From assembly GCA_004022145.1 (NCBI GenBank), contig RCNU01000002.1: a DNA stretch of 64,000 nt; one strand, given 5' to 3'. Below are positions 49,723-63,592 of this stretch, piece after piece. The stretch's first letter is position 1. Every line of letters starts with the position of its first letter. The DNA is from Paecilomyces variotii (Eukaryota). Position numbers and translations under genes: made by a program. Under the pieces are notes generated by a model, which saw nothing but the letters and a program-made list of their open reading frames with translations, did not search any database and was not told the DNA's origin.

Positions 49723-50693
49723 ATGGCTAGATTTTGGGCTTGGATTCCTTTCGTCGCAGGTGCGATGGCCACCATGGACCAGTCTATCTCAGTTGGAAGC
49801 CAGGACATCAGTGTCTCTACTTCGAGTTCCACGACCATCATCGTCATTTCCGCGAACAACGGAGGGTCTTCCCAGACTCAATATTACAATAGCCCGATGA
49901 TGCAGGCTGGTATGGTCCATCAGGTGAGAAACACCCCCGGGAGATGATCATGCGTGTATTTCTTTTTTTCTGATATATCTTACGTAGGTGACTGTTGGTG
50001 GAGACGCTGGTCTTGTCTACACCCCTGATACCATCCAGGCCGCTCCTGGTGATATGGTCCAGTTTAACTTCATGTCTAAGAACCACACGGTCACACAGTC
50101 CTCCTTCAGCGAGCCCTGTGTGGCCATGGAGGGCGGCGTCGACTCTGGCTTCATGCCTAATGCCGACAACACTGTCAGCCCGCCCCCGATGATGATGTTC
50201 CAAGTCACGTCGACTGAACCCGTCTGGATGTACTGTCGCCAGACGGGCCACTGTGGAAAGGGTATGGTCTTCAGTATCAACCCCACCGCAGACAAGTCCC
50301 AGGCTGCTTTCCAGGCTGCTGCGATGTCCATCAACGGTACCGTCTCAATGGACTCGAGCATGGCTGCAAGCTCTTCAGTAGCAGTCGCCGCCAGCTCTTC
50401 GGTGGCAGTGGCCGCAAGTTCTTCGGTGGCTGCTGTTGCTACCTCTGCTGCTGTTCCTCCGCCTGCTTCCTCCTCCAGCGCTGCTAGCATTGCGCAGGGC
50501 TCTGGTACTCTTGTCAGCGGCGGTGCCTGCGACTGCTCTTGCCTCTGTGGAATCAGCGCGTTCCCAGCTGGTGCTGGCCTGGGGATGCTGGGTGGAATGT
50601 CAGGTGAGTTATTACCGATGGGATAATATAGATCTGACCGAGTCTAACATGTCTGATATAGGTTCTATGCCCCTCGCCGTTGCGGGCCAGTAG
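49723..50693 (+). CDS. Secreted cupredoxin-like serine-rich protein; 3 exons
   Basis: Signal-like N-terminus; HQ|VTVGG..LVYTP..GDMVQFNF..KNHTVTQSSF..PC, WMYCRQTGHCGKGMVFSINP; (AASSSVAV)x3. Confidence 0.88.
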
Positions 50694-51741
50694 CTCCTCT
50701 AACCAAGAGAAACTTGAGCGAGACCCCAACATAGTATCCCTAGCAGCGCGAGCTGGCCATGGGAGATGATGGCCTACGCACCAATTTTTCAGTTCCCAGT
50801 GTTGCGGTATCCTCTTCGGCTGAGCCACATGTTATTAAAGGGGCCTGTTTTCTTGGAAGGTCATCTCATATGTTGAACCTACAGTATTTTTTTTTTCTAC
50901 AATATTTAACGCCGTGTTAATCACACGATTGAGAACCGCAGAGCGATGTAATAAATACACTGAATGTTTTTATCTACCCCCGTCAAATGCCTCACTGTTC
51001 GTGCTTCCCTTTTTTTTAAAGCTTCTTGTTTCCTCTGTCCTCTTTTATTTATTCCTGCGCCCTTCTTTTCGGGACCGGGAGAGATGTAATCGGATATGGT
51101 TTGATACCACAATTACACGGTTTGATGGTTCATGGTTAGCCGCGGTTCCAGCGTAATGTGTATCTGCATAGCATATATATAACCTAGGTGTATAGAACAA
51201 GTGGAATGTCTGTCACCTCCGGACATACTCTTAGGGGGACGGCACGTGCTATTCCAACTTCTCTTCCCACTACAGCCAGGCCATTCCACGTACCCCTGCT
51301 CAGTTGATGAGCAATGTACTACTAACTAACAACGACTTATACAGACCGCTATATTAGTACCCTCAATAATCCATCCATTTTGTCAAGAACCATCAATTAC
51401 CCCACCTATATATAACAGCAAACTTGCCAACAAATCCAAGATTTAAATGATAATTCATTAATTCCTAAAAATCCCAAAATAAAAGCTATCTAGCTAAGGT
51501 ATAATAAAAGGTTCTCTTCACATCCCTCCCCCATTCATTCATCATCAAATCCGGAATGGAATACATGCTGAACGATCATAAAATGGTAATTGTAGTTGTA
51601 GTTGGTAGTTCCAGACCAGCATAAGCTTAGCCAAGCCAAGCTAGTCCATGATAATGAAAAGAAACACCCCCTTTTTCTTCTTCTCGCCCTTTTCATTCAG
51701 TCTTCTTCGTTTTAACGTTCCGTGTTTTGCTTTGGGTTCGT

Positions 51742-52237
51742 TTACTGACCACCACCGCCAAGGAGAGCAGCAGCCAGAGGTCCGATGATGGGAATGTCAT
51801 TGAGAGGGTTGCTGGCAGCCGAAGGAGAAGGTGTGGGAGTTGGCGCCAGTCCGAAAGGAGTCGGGCTGGGCGTGGGGAAGAAGTCTTCGCCGCTGGCAGG
51901 AGTAGGGGCGGGGGTTTGCTGGGCCTGTAGGTAGGTATAGTTGTTTAGTATGTATGATTTTCTTAGATGAGATTGTATGGATGGATTTGTTTCGTGTGGT
52001 TTCTTTGATGTTACGGGGGGATCAGGGCAGGGGAAAGGAAACGGGGAAGTTATTCTTGCGGGAATGATATCTAAAATGGGAGAGAATTACGTCTCGCACC
52101 TCAAGAGCTTGATCGGCGGCCTCCATGGCCTTGTTCATGGCCTCGTCGACTGAACCGGGGAAGTCATTTGCGGTGGGCAGGGCGTTGGACAAAGCAGCCA
52201 GGAACATGAGAGCCGCAACGATGCTGAAGCGAGCCAT
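51742..52237 (-). CDS. Small secreted protein, 109 aa (intron 51925-52090)
   Basis: MARFSIVAALMFLAALSNA-LP...LEVRD|AQQTPAPTP...NPLNDIPIIGPLAAALLGGGGQ*; GTAATT...CAG intron keeps the frame. Confidence 0.8.
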
Positions 52238-54108
52238 TGTGAAGAATGAAGTAGGTTTTTCTTGATTGGGAATCGAAGACGATAAATAAAAGGAGTGGAT
52301 AGGCGAGAAGAATCCGGAAAGAGAGAGGTCGTATAGAGTCGATGGAGTTGGAGAAGAGAGAATAATGCCGAGCAAGATATCACGACGGGGGTTTTATAAG
52401 CATGAAACGCGAGATGCAGGTACTAAAGGGAGATCATTAAACAGAGCCACCGTGGAGAATCTACGGGCTGGGATCATAAATCAATGAAGGATCATCGTTG
52501 AGGTATGGTAGCTAGTATAGAGGAACTCGTCAGCTCGTCCCTGAGAGAGCAGCAAGGGAAATGTTTCCTCCCGCGAATGGAGAGAGGACTGGAATGGACA
52601 TAGAGTCGATCAATCTCTCAGCAGCAAATGAGAAGGTCCTTGATCGTAGAAGTCAAGGATGGTTTACTACACATTCCAATGGGCCGCCCTGTAACAGATG
52701 GTAATGCACATCATTATCAGCTGGCTCCATCTTATCCCTCGTGGAACCGCAAAACCAAGCACTGATCGACACCGCCTGCCTTATCGCCCTTGCATGACTC
52801 TGTTATGTGAGTTCAGCTGAACCAACAAGGGCTCTCGTTGGAGATCCTCTCTGTCTGTACCTGAAGGCTTGAAAGGGAGTGGAGGACCGGACAGAGATAT
52901 CCGAAGCCTTAACCAGAAAACTTCCGCGCGCTTCCTCTTTTAAAGCATTCCAAGAGTACTACACCATCAGGCCGTCTGATGACTACAGAAATACATAATT
53001 GGCATCCTTGGAATGTATCTCGCTCTATTGACACGTACGGCCCCATGAATTATTAAGAGGCCGCCGCAACACGAGTGAGAATATCGAACAGAAAGGACGT
53101 AGTCCTTCCCTCGGAATCTCGCTATTGGCACGATTTTGACCTCGACTGTCATCAGGGCAGGACGGACGAGACTTCGAAAATGCCGTCTGTAAAGTCGATA
53201 TCGACATGTTTTACGGTGGTCGGTAGATATCGAGGCGCAGCTCCGTAGACAACCCCGCGCGATCGACTTCCAAACATCACAAGAAGCCGACCAGGAAGGG
53301 TCAAGCTACGGATTGCCAACCAGCCATACATGCTTATGGACCATGGTTATCGATGAGTGGATTCCTGTTTCTGTTAGTGGCTCAGAAGTGGTTCAGCAAC
53401 AATTTGAAATGCAGCAAGCTCCGGACGAGGAAAGCATTCGCTAGCCCATCAGTCTCCTTTGGAGCTGTTGAAGATGCATCATTGATCCCCAGATTAACAT
53501 GATCTCCTTGCTCTACAAAGAGCAAGCAAAATGTAGACCATGGTGATGTATGCTCAAAAGCGAACCCAACCACCTCGTGGTTTCAAATCAAAGCACACAA
53601 AGTGCCTAATAAGAGGCGATGGCGGGATTAGAACGAGCCTAAATCACTCTGGGTCTCTTTCTGTAATTTGTAGACGGAATGAAGTAGCTTTGACGGAGCA
53701 AGGCCATCCATCGACAAGGGTATGGAGACCGGAAAATGTATGAAGTTTTATGTAGAGAAAAGGGAAGAGAAAGGGAGAAAGGAAAAAAAGGTGAAATTTT
53801 ATTAATTAATTCGCTAGCCTGTGGAGCAGCTTGTGATTATGTCAGCGAAATCAGTGGGATCTGGTTTATAGGCGGTAAAATGTGGCAGAAACGAGCTTTA
53901 TCTCTCGGCTTCCTCACTACTAGTTAAGTACCTAAGTAGCCATGTTCAGTCTCAACATGGACCATGGAATGGCCACACAGGAGGTTATTCCTTGTGCCGT
54001 GTTTACTTTTTTCCCGACGCCTTGGGGGTATACACTAACTTGACTGCGGAGATAACTTGTGGAGTACTCTGATCCTCGCATCTCTGTACAATCTTCCAGA
54101 CTGATGGC

Positions 54109-55534
54109 TTAGAATCGAGACAGAACCTTCTCATGGGTATCTGCCAGCGGCCAGTCGTTGAAATTCTTCTTGCTTAGCACCGACTTGGCCTGCTCTAACG
54201 TGAAACCCTTGGCCTCGACAGCAGGGTTATATCCAAGACCGCTCACTTTAGCAACAACATCCGACGGCACCAGTGCGGCAGTCTTGCCGTCAGCACGCTT
54301 GTACACTGTCACTACCACTGCACCTCCCAGGCCAAGATTGTGTTGTAGTGCTGCGTCCGTGCCGTCGATGAGGCGGTTGTTCGCCCAGCCACGCAGGTGC
54401 CAAACAAGTTCGGCGCACTGTGCGATACCTGTGGCGCCGAGAGGGTGGCCCTTGGAGATGAGACCTCCCGACGGGTTGATGACCATCTTGCCGCGATAGG
54501 TGATGTCACCGCGGCGCACCATCTCGTGTGCCTTGCCAGGCTCGCACAGCTCGAGCGCATCAATAGTGATCATTTCGTTAGCTGAGAAGCAGTCATGCAA
54601 CTCGCAGACCTTGATGTCCTTAACGTTAACGCCGGCCTCCGCGGTAGCAGTACGGCAGGCATAGCGCGTCATCTCAAAGCCCATCAAATCAATGGCGCTG
54701 CGGTCAAAGACAGATGGAGCGTCTGTCGCTATAGTCTGGCCGGCGATCAAAACGGCCTGTTCCTTCAGATGAGGTCTCGCATCGAGAAAAGCCTGGGAGA
54801 CAATGACGGCGGCCGCGGCTCCGTCCGAGGTCGGGCAACACTGCAGCTTTGTAAGAGGCTCATGGATCTTGGGCGATTGCAAGATCTGCTCCAGGGTGTA
54901 TTCGTCTTGGAATTGTGAGTACGGGTTGCGCTTGGAGTGTTCGTGATTGATGCGAGCAATTTCTGCGAAATCTTCCGGCTTCGCTCCATATCTTGAGATT
55001 GTTAGTCGACTTTTATAACAGTAGATCCGGATGCTCTTACTTTTCGATGTATTCTCGTCCCGCGTTGCCAAACATTTGGGCAGCGCCGGGGGCGTTCCCA
55101 AAGCCTCTCGTCTCCATCATCATCAGAACGAGCGGTCCAATCGGGTTCTCTCTGTCTTGGTAGGCAGACTGGAGACTGCCAGGATTCATCTTCTCAAAGC
55201 CAACCACGAGGACGCAGTCAGCGGCGCCGTGGCCGACCAAGGTCTTGGCCATAGCCAGACCCGTCGAGCCGGTCGAGCAGTTGTTGTTGACGTTGTAAAT
55301 TGGGATCTTAGTCTGGCCGAACTGATAGAAGACACGCTGACCGCAAGTGCTGTCACCGTAGACATAGCAGGCCACACCCTGTTCGACATCATCGTAGTTG
55401 ATGTGGGCGTCCAGCATCGCCTTCACACCGGCTTCAAACCCCATCTCATGATAGTCAACTTTGCCTCGAGGCTTGATGAACTTGGTCATTCCCACGCCGA
55501 GGACATAGGCGGGACCTGCTTGTTGTTTGCCCAT
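54109..55534 (-). CDS. SCP-x-type peroxisomal thiolase / nonspecific lipid-transfer protein (intron 54992-55040)
   Basis: VLGVGMTKF, NVNNNCSTGS, CCPTSDGAAA, ELHDCFS, NPSGGLISKGHPLGATG, QHNLGLGG; PTS1-like -SRF*. Confidence 0.95.
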
Positions 55535-55708
55535 GGTAGCGGTTCGAACTGGTCTAGGGTATCCGCGTCGAATAGGTAAAGATGGTGGGTAAAGAGCTGA
55601 CTGCCAGAATCTCCACCCGTCAGGTAAATATATATACAACCGAAGCCGAGAGTATGCGGCAGGCTGATCTCCTTTGGAAGTTCAGAAACGACGGCCGCAA
55701 GTAGATAG

Positions 55709-55844
55709 CCGAGGCCTGGATCAGTCCTGAGTAAGATAGCTATTCTAGAGAAAAGAAGTAGCGAATGGCCTGCGTGGAGTACTAGTAGCTGGGTGCTCTT
55801 TGTCTGGGGATATGATGCGGTTTGGTTTGCGGGGACGACCGAGG
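55709..55844. promoter_or_regulatory. Two CCGAGG (CCTCGG) FarA/FarB-type fatty-acid response elements
   Basis: CCGAGG at 55709 and 55839, upstream of the thiolase TATA-like run (~55627-55637); a third copy at 56457. Confidence 0.6.
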
Positions 55845-58256
55845 TTCCGACGGCTGCTCGGCTGGTCCCCTGAGCATTTGAACGCTTATTCAGATTCGAC
55901 AAGTAACTAACTAACTAGTTAACTTATCTAGTTGATAGCTAACGTTCTTCACACGGCATTGTCACAGAGGAGTATCTATTGAATTCAATGTCTATAGCAC
56001 AGTTTAGCCATGTGTTATGATCAACCGCTGTTCGTCTAGATCTATTGAGTTGTGTCGTTGATGAAGATGTGCTGCCGAGCAGCTATGCATAACTAGTCTA
56101 GTCATTACGCGACGCTGCCAGAAATGTGCTGTGGTTGACACCTATTCAAAGGGTGAAATTGACATGAGTCCGACATGATATGACTGATAGCTTATTTCAC
56201 ACTCGTTTGCAAAAGTGTTGCAATTGTTTTTAACACTCTTGGATTCTCTCCGAACTGTAAGGGTTTATTCGGTCCCCGGGGGTGTGGGGTGTGATATAAC
56301 TATATAAAATGTGCCAGCCCGTAATAGCCGGCAGGCTATAATTACGGTTAGAAATTAGCAGGAGCATCCTCTACTTGTTGCTATATACTACTAACTTAAG
56401 AGGCATTATCATTGTTAAAGCAACTGAATATCACCCCCTTAAGGCAATAAATGCGGCCGAGGAGCCTAATGGCACAATTACCTAGGTATCTGGTGTTGGC
56501 CTTCATACGGGAAAGTGTCTGATACTGAGAAGCTACGTAGAACGACTAACTATTTAACCTTCCTCGACAAAGTCTGCAGAGAGAAGAGTTCTAGATACAT
56601 GCATTAACTTCCACGCCGCTATTGCTCTACTGCTTAGATGGTGTAGAAATGCGCTGATCAGCCAGGCCCGGTCCGTCTCAGGGATATAGCACACTGTTCT
56701 AGCCTCTAGGTAGCACGGTCGCCTTTTCGCTCCCGTTGGCCTATCGTTGCGCTGTTATTACAGAACCCAATATGAAAACCTGCATAGCGTTTCGGACCGG
56801 TTCATGGTACGATCCCGGATGCGTTCAACGGGCTCCGGTCCAGGCTTGTGCTGGATCTGCTCTTCGGCCTCTGTAACGTATCCGAGTCTATCAATGCCGT
56901 CGCCAGCCATGGTAGCAACTGCCAGCGATACGCTGTGCTGGTTCGCGCATCGTGGTTGGCATGGACGTAGCCTGGAAGCTCTCACCATTCTTCTTCTCTT
57001 TGACTCTCGACTGTCGCGTGTCCTGTGCTTCTCGGTCTCAGTAAGCATGACCAACGCCACGGGGGACCCCTGCCTTGCACCCCCTATGGTACAGTAGACA
57101 GGTGATAGTACTGTATCTCAAGCATTGGGACTGGGGACAGGACATCTCGATGTCGGCGGGGTCGCGAGAGCGCGGACAGGATCTACCACGCTGCCCTGTC
57201 AGGATGCAGATGATGCCCCTGCTGGGTCTGGCGCCATTGCGGGAATACCATCAGACCCTTGGTTTCCGCGGGGTAGCGTCCATCCAAGATATGCCGTATC
57301 GGTTGGCAAGAAGAAGATGAAGCTCGCTCTGGTTTGATTTATGCTTAACCGGGTCTGTTCATCAAGACGTCACTGGAGCGTTTAGCTAAGCCAGTCCAGT
57401 TCCGCCCGTCACGGCCCACTCTCGCCCAGCGTCGCCGACTCGCGGACCTCATCTTCGATCAGAAAACCCCCTCCGTTCGCGCTTCATGTCCATAGTGAGG
57501 GGGTTGATGAGATCCTGTTCGCGTGTTTCTGTCTGAGGTAAGTCCAAGGTCATACTCCAGCCTACTCTGCGCACTTCTGCTTGACCCAAGAGCAAGGAAA
57601 AAAGAGTGTACCAGAAGAGTATACAGGATGCTGATGTTGTTTCCGCCCCGCTAGTTCTGGACCTAGTTCGACTTGAAACCACAGGAGTGGACCGGAAAAT
57701 ATACTTGAATGATCGTACGAAGGTGCTGCAGGACATTGAAATACTGAACAACCTTTATTGGACTGTTCCTGGTCAGCAATTGAAGGTGGTGGCCGACTTT
57801 AGACGCGAGCTTCTACCGTTCTTCCAGAGAGCAACGGCTTTGTGTCAAGCAGTTCTCTGGGGGTATCCTATAGCCTCCTTTGTCCAGTACCTGTCTTGGG
57901 TGTTGGAGATAAGAGAATCAGCAAAGCTAGGAAGGGTCCAGCAGTCCAATTCATGGACAATTGTGGGACGTCAAACGGTCTGCTCGCACCCTGAGAGACC
58001 GCTTGCGTTCCATAGGGTTCCCCAGCCCATCACCAGAGGGACAACAATACATCGGCAACCGCTACAATTTCATTGTTAGAACCAGTGACCGGGAGTTCTT
58101 GACGACTAAGCGACAAACAATCGATAGAATCACACGGTTGCCCCAAATGAGGCACATCCAGGGATGACTCCAAACGAACACTCTGGACATGCAGCCTTTT
58201 CCTCTTTGTCCACAACCCCGTCAGCAGCCATAAACCCATCATCGTCCTCATCAATC

Positions 58257-59535
58257 ATGGACGAACACACTCGCAACAAGCTGTTGAAGCGGTACAGGAC
58301 CCAGATCGCCTCGGGCGTTTCGACCATCTGCGCGTCGCTTGCTGTGGTACGTGGATCCGATCAAGCTCGAGACCTGGGTGTAGAGCCCTAGAACGGCCGC
58401 AGAAATAAGCAATACTGACCGAGGCATCTTTTCCTCGCAGACTCCGTTGGAAAACATCAAGACTCGCATGCAAACGTAAGTTCAACACCAAAGGCAACAA
58501 GATGGACCTGGTATATCGCTAACAACTGCTAGCCACAATTTCCGTAACGTCGTCGAATGCGCCAAATATATATGGCGCACGGAAGGATTCCGCGGATACA
58601 CTGCAGGTATGTATGCGCGTTCCAGTCTTTCTGGATAATCATTGACACGCTTCCGATTGCTAGGATTTCTGCCGCCGTTGCTCAGTATTACTGGCGTGCG
58701 CGTGCTGTCCTTCTCTACGTACCAAGTCGCGAAACATTCTATTTCTGATTGCTTCGAAGCGACCACGGGACAGTCGCCTTTACTCTACTACAACCACCCT
58801 GGAAGCACCCCAACTCTGACCACGGTCTTCACATTTACAGCTTCCGGCATGATAGCCGGCATTACCACATCTTTCCTGGCTTGTAAGTGCGCTATGCAGG
58901 TTCTCAATAATCACATTCACTTATCTGGTCACAGGTCCCTTCGAATTGACTAAGAATGTCGTCCAGACTTCTTTCCTGATGACCCATCGCTCCCAGGCAT
59001 CACCGGATGCTGTCAGAGACCCTTCTCTCCGCAAGCAGCCTCGTCTAGGAACAGTCGAAGCGCTTAAGCAGATCATCCGTCGTCACGGAATCCGCGGGCT
59101 CTACACGGGTTTCCACCTTCATGCTATGAGAGACACGATTGGCACCGGCATCTACTTTGGTGTCTATGAAACAACCAAGCAGCTGGTCGCAAAATACATC
59201 GGAACGGAGCCATCGTCGCCCTTTGGTGCTCCCATGGTGGCTGGAGCGCTCAGTGGAACCATTCCGTGGATATGCGTAAGTGAATTCCATGTCTTCTCTT
59301 GAGAGTTGTGAATGCTGACGAGCTTCAGACGTATCCCCTCGACACACGCAAAACTCGGGCGCAAAGTATTCTCCTCGGTAAAACCAAGGAGATAGGCGAG
59401 GCGTCCGCAGCCACAGCCGGATCGAACATCTACAAGGGTTTATCCGTCAGCCTGATCAGAACCAGCGTTAACAACATGATCCTCTTGACCCTTTTCGAGT
59501 ACATCAAGACCAAGATCAATGAGCTGGACGACTAA
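58257..59535 (+). CDS. Mitochondrial carrier family protein (multi-exon; possible upstream ATG 58164)
   Basis: Three PX[DE]XX[KR] signatures after splicing (PLENIKTRMQ, PFELTKN, PLDTRKTRAQ) and GIRGLYTG. Confidence 0.9.
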
Positions 59536-60051
59536 ACGAAATCTTATAAATGGACGGCCATTTTGTTCTCACACATGAATCTCATGAGAGATTCAGACGG
59601 GTCATTTGATATTGCCCACTAAATATGGTGGGATCTAAGTTTTCATCATGTGCATGGTTTATTCTTTTTTCTAAATAGTCTTGTATTATGTACATACATC
59701 GAGGCTCGAGCCCAGCGCTCTTGAGCAGCCGATAGCAAATTCCACATAACGGTGGTCCATGAAGACGACCACAATGATTATCCAATAAATCGTTTTCTGA
59801 TGTGAAACTTCCTTTTAACCTATTGAAGCACAAGCTGTCATCAAATTATAAACAGTCTAGTAGAGTAATATCTGATAAGCATGGATGATCGATCGATCTA
59901 GAAATCAAGGCACCCCGCGTTGCAGCCTCAGGCGATCACCCGACGTCATCCCGCCGAGTTTACCCCAAAGATCCGTTCGTTGTCCAAACAAGAGACGAAT
60001 ACTGCGGAATTTCGTTGCTGTCGCGTTGCCCTACTCGACCCGGTACCCAGG

Positions 60052-63000
60052 ATGGCTTCGTGAGTGCTCCATCACCTGCTTAGCTCTAGATCGAATGGAA
60101 TGAGATCTGGGAAAATGTCAAGACCCTCGCTGACCCATTCTTTACCCACAGGAATATTCTGCAACTGCCATTTCGGCGCACCCATACCATATCCCTCGCC
60201 GATGCCATCACACAATATATCTCTTCTAAATATGACCAGCGACCTGATATGTTCGCCGATGACCTGATGGTCCTGGATCGCTTGCGCACAGAGGCCGTCA
60301 ATGTCCAGGAGCCCCATGTCAGCGGTATCAGTCGGCTGGTCACCTACGCCGCTCAGCTGAAATGGCTGGGTGGAAAATTTCCGATCGACGTAAGATAAAC
60401 AAAGAAACGGTCCTTTTGGTTGTGGTATACAAGTGAATATATGTGCGACTGTGATGTTGACTTGGAATCTGCCGTATATAGGTTGGTGTGGACTTTTCGT
60501 GGTATCCGGCGTTTGGATTCAATACGTCTAGACCGGGTGAGTCCCGACCTGAGCGTTCTTCAAAGAAAGTGGATGGATTTTGGGACTAATCTGGGAGAAT
60601 TGTAGTCTCACAGAATAATCTCCGTTTCGAGCTCGCGAACGTCTTGTTCAACCTTGCCGCGCTTTATTCACAGCTTGCTTATTCCTTGAATCGAACGACT
60701 TCCGACGGGCTGAAACAAGCATGCAACTACTTCTGCCAGGCGGCTGGTGTCCTGGCACATCTCCGTACCGACATAGTCCCCGATCTACGCTCTTCGCCGC
60801 CCGAAGATATGGACGAGATGACGCTGCAGAGTTTGGAATCCCTGATGCTCGCGCAGGCACAGGAATGTTTCTGGCAGAAGGCAGTCAAGGACGGGCTGAA
60901 AGATGCTTCCATTGCCCGCTTGGCTGCGAAGGTGTCCGATTTCTATGCCGAGGCTGGTGATTATGCGATCAAATCGAATGCGATCAGCACGGACTGGATC
61001 CACCATATGACGGCCAAGCATCATCACTTTGCAGCTGCAGCTCAGTATCGGCAATCACTCGACTGCTTGGATAAGCGGAAATATGGCGAGGAAGTCGCGC
61101 GGTTGCGAGATAGTTTGACATGTGTCAATGAGGCTCTTAAGGAGTCTCGCTGGATCAATCGAGTCGTCCTTGGCGACTTGAACGGGCTCAAGAGTCGTGT
61201 CGCGGAGGATCTGAAGCGAGCAGAGAAAGACAACGATGTCATTTATCTACAGCCTGTCCCACCGAAATCGGAACTCAAGTCGATTGATCGCGCATCCATG
61301 GTGGCTTCAAAGGCACCACCTCAGGTTACTGATGCTATATCCATGCTCGGAGAGAAGGGGCCATTGGGTCAGCCTCTGTTGGTCAAACTTGTTCCATATG
61401 CCGTTCACGTCGCTGCCAGCATATATTCGGATCGTCGTGACCGGTTGGTCAATGAAAAGATCGTTGGAGAGCTGGAGTCAATGACGGATAAGTTGCGAGA
61501 GTGAGTGCTTTGTCTCTCGTATTTTACATTCTGAAGGAGTGCTAACATCTTCTCTAGTCTCCTACAATCCTTGAACCTACCGGGTTCTCTTCAAGCACTG
61601 GAAAGGCCTCTGGGTCTGCCTCCCGCTCTAGTATCGCATGCCGAAGAACTACGGCAGCAGGATGGGCTGTACCGTCTGCGCCGGTCTCTGGAAGACGTAG
61701 AGAAAGTCAAAGCAAATGACCGCGCCGTCTATAATGAGGGCGTCGAGTTCTTATCTGCGGAAAAGGCCGAGGACGACGCCGCCCGTGCTAAATATGGCAC
61801 GGATCGTTGGACCAGACCATCGTCAGAGGTTGCTGGCGAAAATCTCTACACAACAGCCAGCGAGATCGCTGGGTATTTCAAGTCGGCACAGAGTACTGAC
61901 GATCTTGTTCAGGGCAAGCTGAGGGACTCAGAGGCGGTCTTGAGAGTGCTCACAGGAACTAATAGGGATTTGGAGGCATATGTTCCAAGCAGCCGCAGGG
62001 CGGATATCACGCCACAGGTAGAGCAGGAATCGAGCAGGCTGAGGAGCTGCTTGAACGAGGTTAGTCGTCTAGAGAATAGGAGGAAACGAAAGATCGAAGC
62101 CGTCAAGGATAAGGCTCGGACCGATGACATCAGTAGGGTCTCCCAAGTTGTTGCATGTGCGGTTCTCAGCTACTAACTAACATGTAATTTCAGATCAAGC
62201 ATTACTCAAGGAAACAGCCCGCCTCGAGCGAGAGTTCCCCATGCAGCCCATCGAAGCCAGCCAATTCGAGAATTTGTTCGAAGAGAGGCTCCATCTCTAC
62301 GACTCTGATCTCGAGATGCTGGAGCAGGAGCAGAACGAGCAAGATCAGATCGCCGCTCGAGTGCGTGAGGCGAATCGGGCCTTCACCAAGGCTCGCAAAG
62401 GTGACTCGTCAACCAAGGACAGAGAAAAGGCCCTCCAGGAACTGGAAAACGGCTACCTGAAGTACAAGGAGATTATATCCAACACCGAGGTTGGAAGGAA
62501 GTTCTACAACGACCTAGCCAAGATCGTAGGACGATTCAGAGAGGACACCAAAGCCTTCATCCACCAGCGGAGAATGGAAGCAAGCCAGTTAGAATCGTAC
62601 GTCAACCCAACTCACAACCCTTACTTACTTCCCCCCTGGAGACAATTCCAATTACTAACAACAACATGCAGCGACATCACCAACGCAGCAGCAATGGCCT
62701 CTCTGAATATATCCCAACCCAGTTTCCGCCCTCAGCACCAACTCCCAACAAACCACCACCCATCACCTTACACCCAACCTCCTCCTGAACCTCAACTCCA
62801 ACAAAAACCCACACCACAGCCCCAGCCACAACTACAACCCCTCCCCTCCCGACCCGTCATGACAGGAGAACCGCTAACGGCTCCCCAACCAACTCGCGCA
62901 TCAGCCGTTCCTCCCCCCGTTGCAACATCGGGAATCTGGTCTCCCGAAATGGGAATCCGATTCGGCGGAGGACCGACCCCAGCATCAGCAGCTCCTTCGT

Positions 63001-63077
63001 CGACCCAGCCTCAAACACCGGGAAGTGCTCCGATGCAAGGGAAATGGGATCCAAGTCGTGGCGTGCGGTTTTCGTAA
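60052..63077 (+). CDS. palA: pH-response regulator PalA/Rim20 (Bro1 + V domain + Pro-rich tail); multi-exon
   Basis: MAS|NILQLPFRRTH, FSWYPAFG, FELANVLFNLAALYSQ, LAQAQECFWQKA, AEKDNDVIY, GRKFYNDL, WSPEMGIRF, WDPSRGVRFS*. Confidence 0.95.
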
Positions 63078-63592
63078 ATTACTTCTTTTTTTTTGGATTC
63101 GTTTTCGTCAGGCTCACATAATAAAAGCGGAATGTTCTTTTCGTTTTCTTATTTTTTCAGTCTTGAATAAAAACTTTGCCAGCCAGGTGAGGTCCAGGTG
63201 ATAAATCATCTAGAAGAAGAAGAAGAAGAAGAACCACAAGAGTATATAAAGATACGACTATAACATTTCTTGATACCAGAACTTTTTATCATTTCATAGC
63301 CTGATTTGCATTTAGATTCTTTTCTATTCTTTCTTTCTTCTCTATATATCTTCTCGTCGTTGTACATACAGATAAGTGAGGATTACCCGAAGAGTGTATA
63401 CAATATTGGGAGTATTATATATACTATATGTCCTCTGTCATCTGATGTATGTATACGGTATATTGGGATTTATATTATGTATGTATACGGTAGTGCATGT
63501 AAAAGCGCATTCGTGGTCCCCTCCGCAGTTAGGACCTGAACGCTGCGGGTGGAGGGGTCCTAATATAGACTATGTTGCCGTTCCATCGCATC

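Noticed and set aside
56700-58160. Several 100-157 aa ORFs upstream of the mitochondrial carrier
   Set aside because: No recognisable domains, mostly non-ATG starts; probably promoter or 5' UTR.
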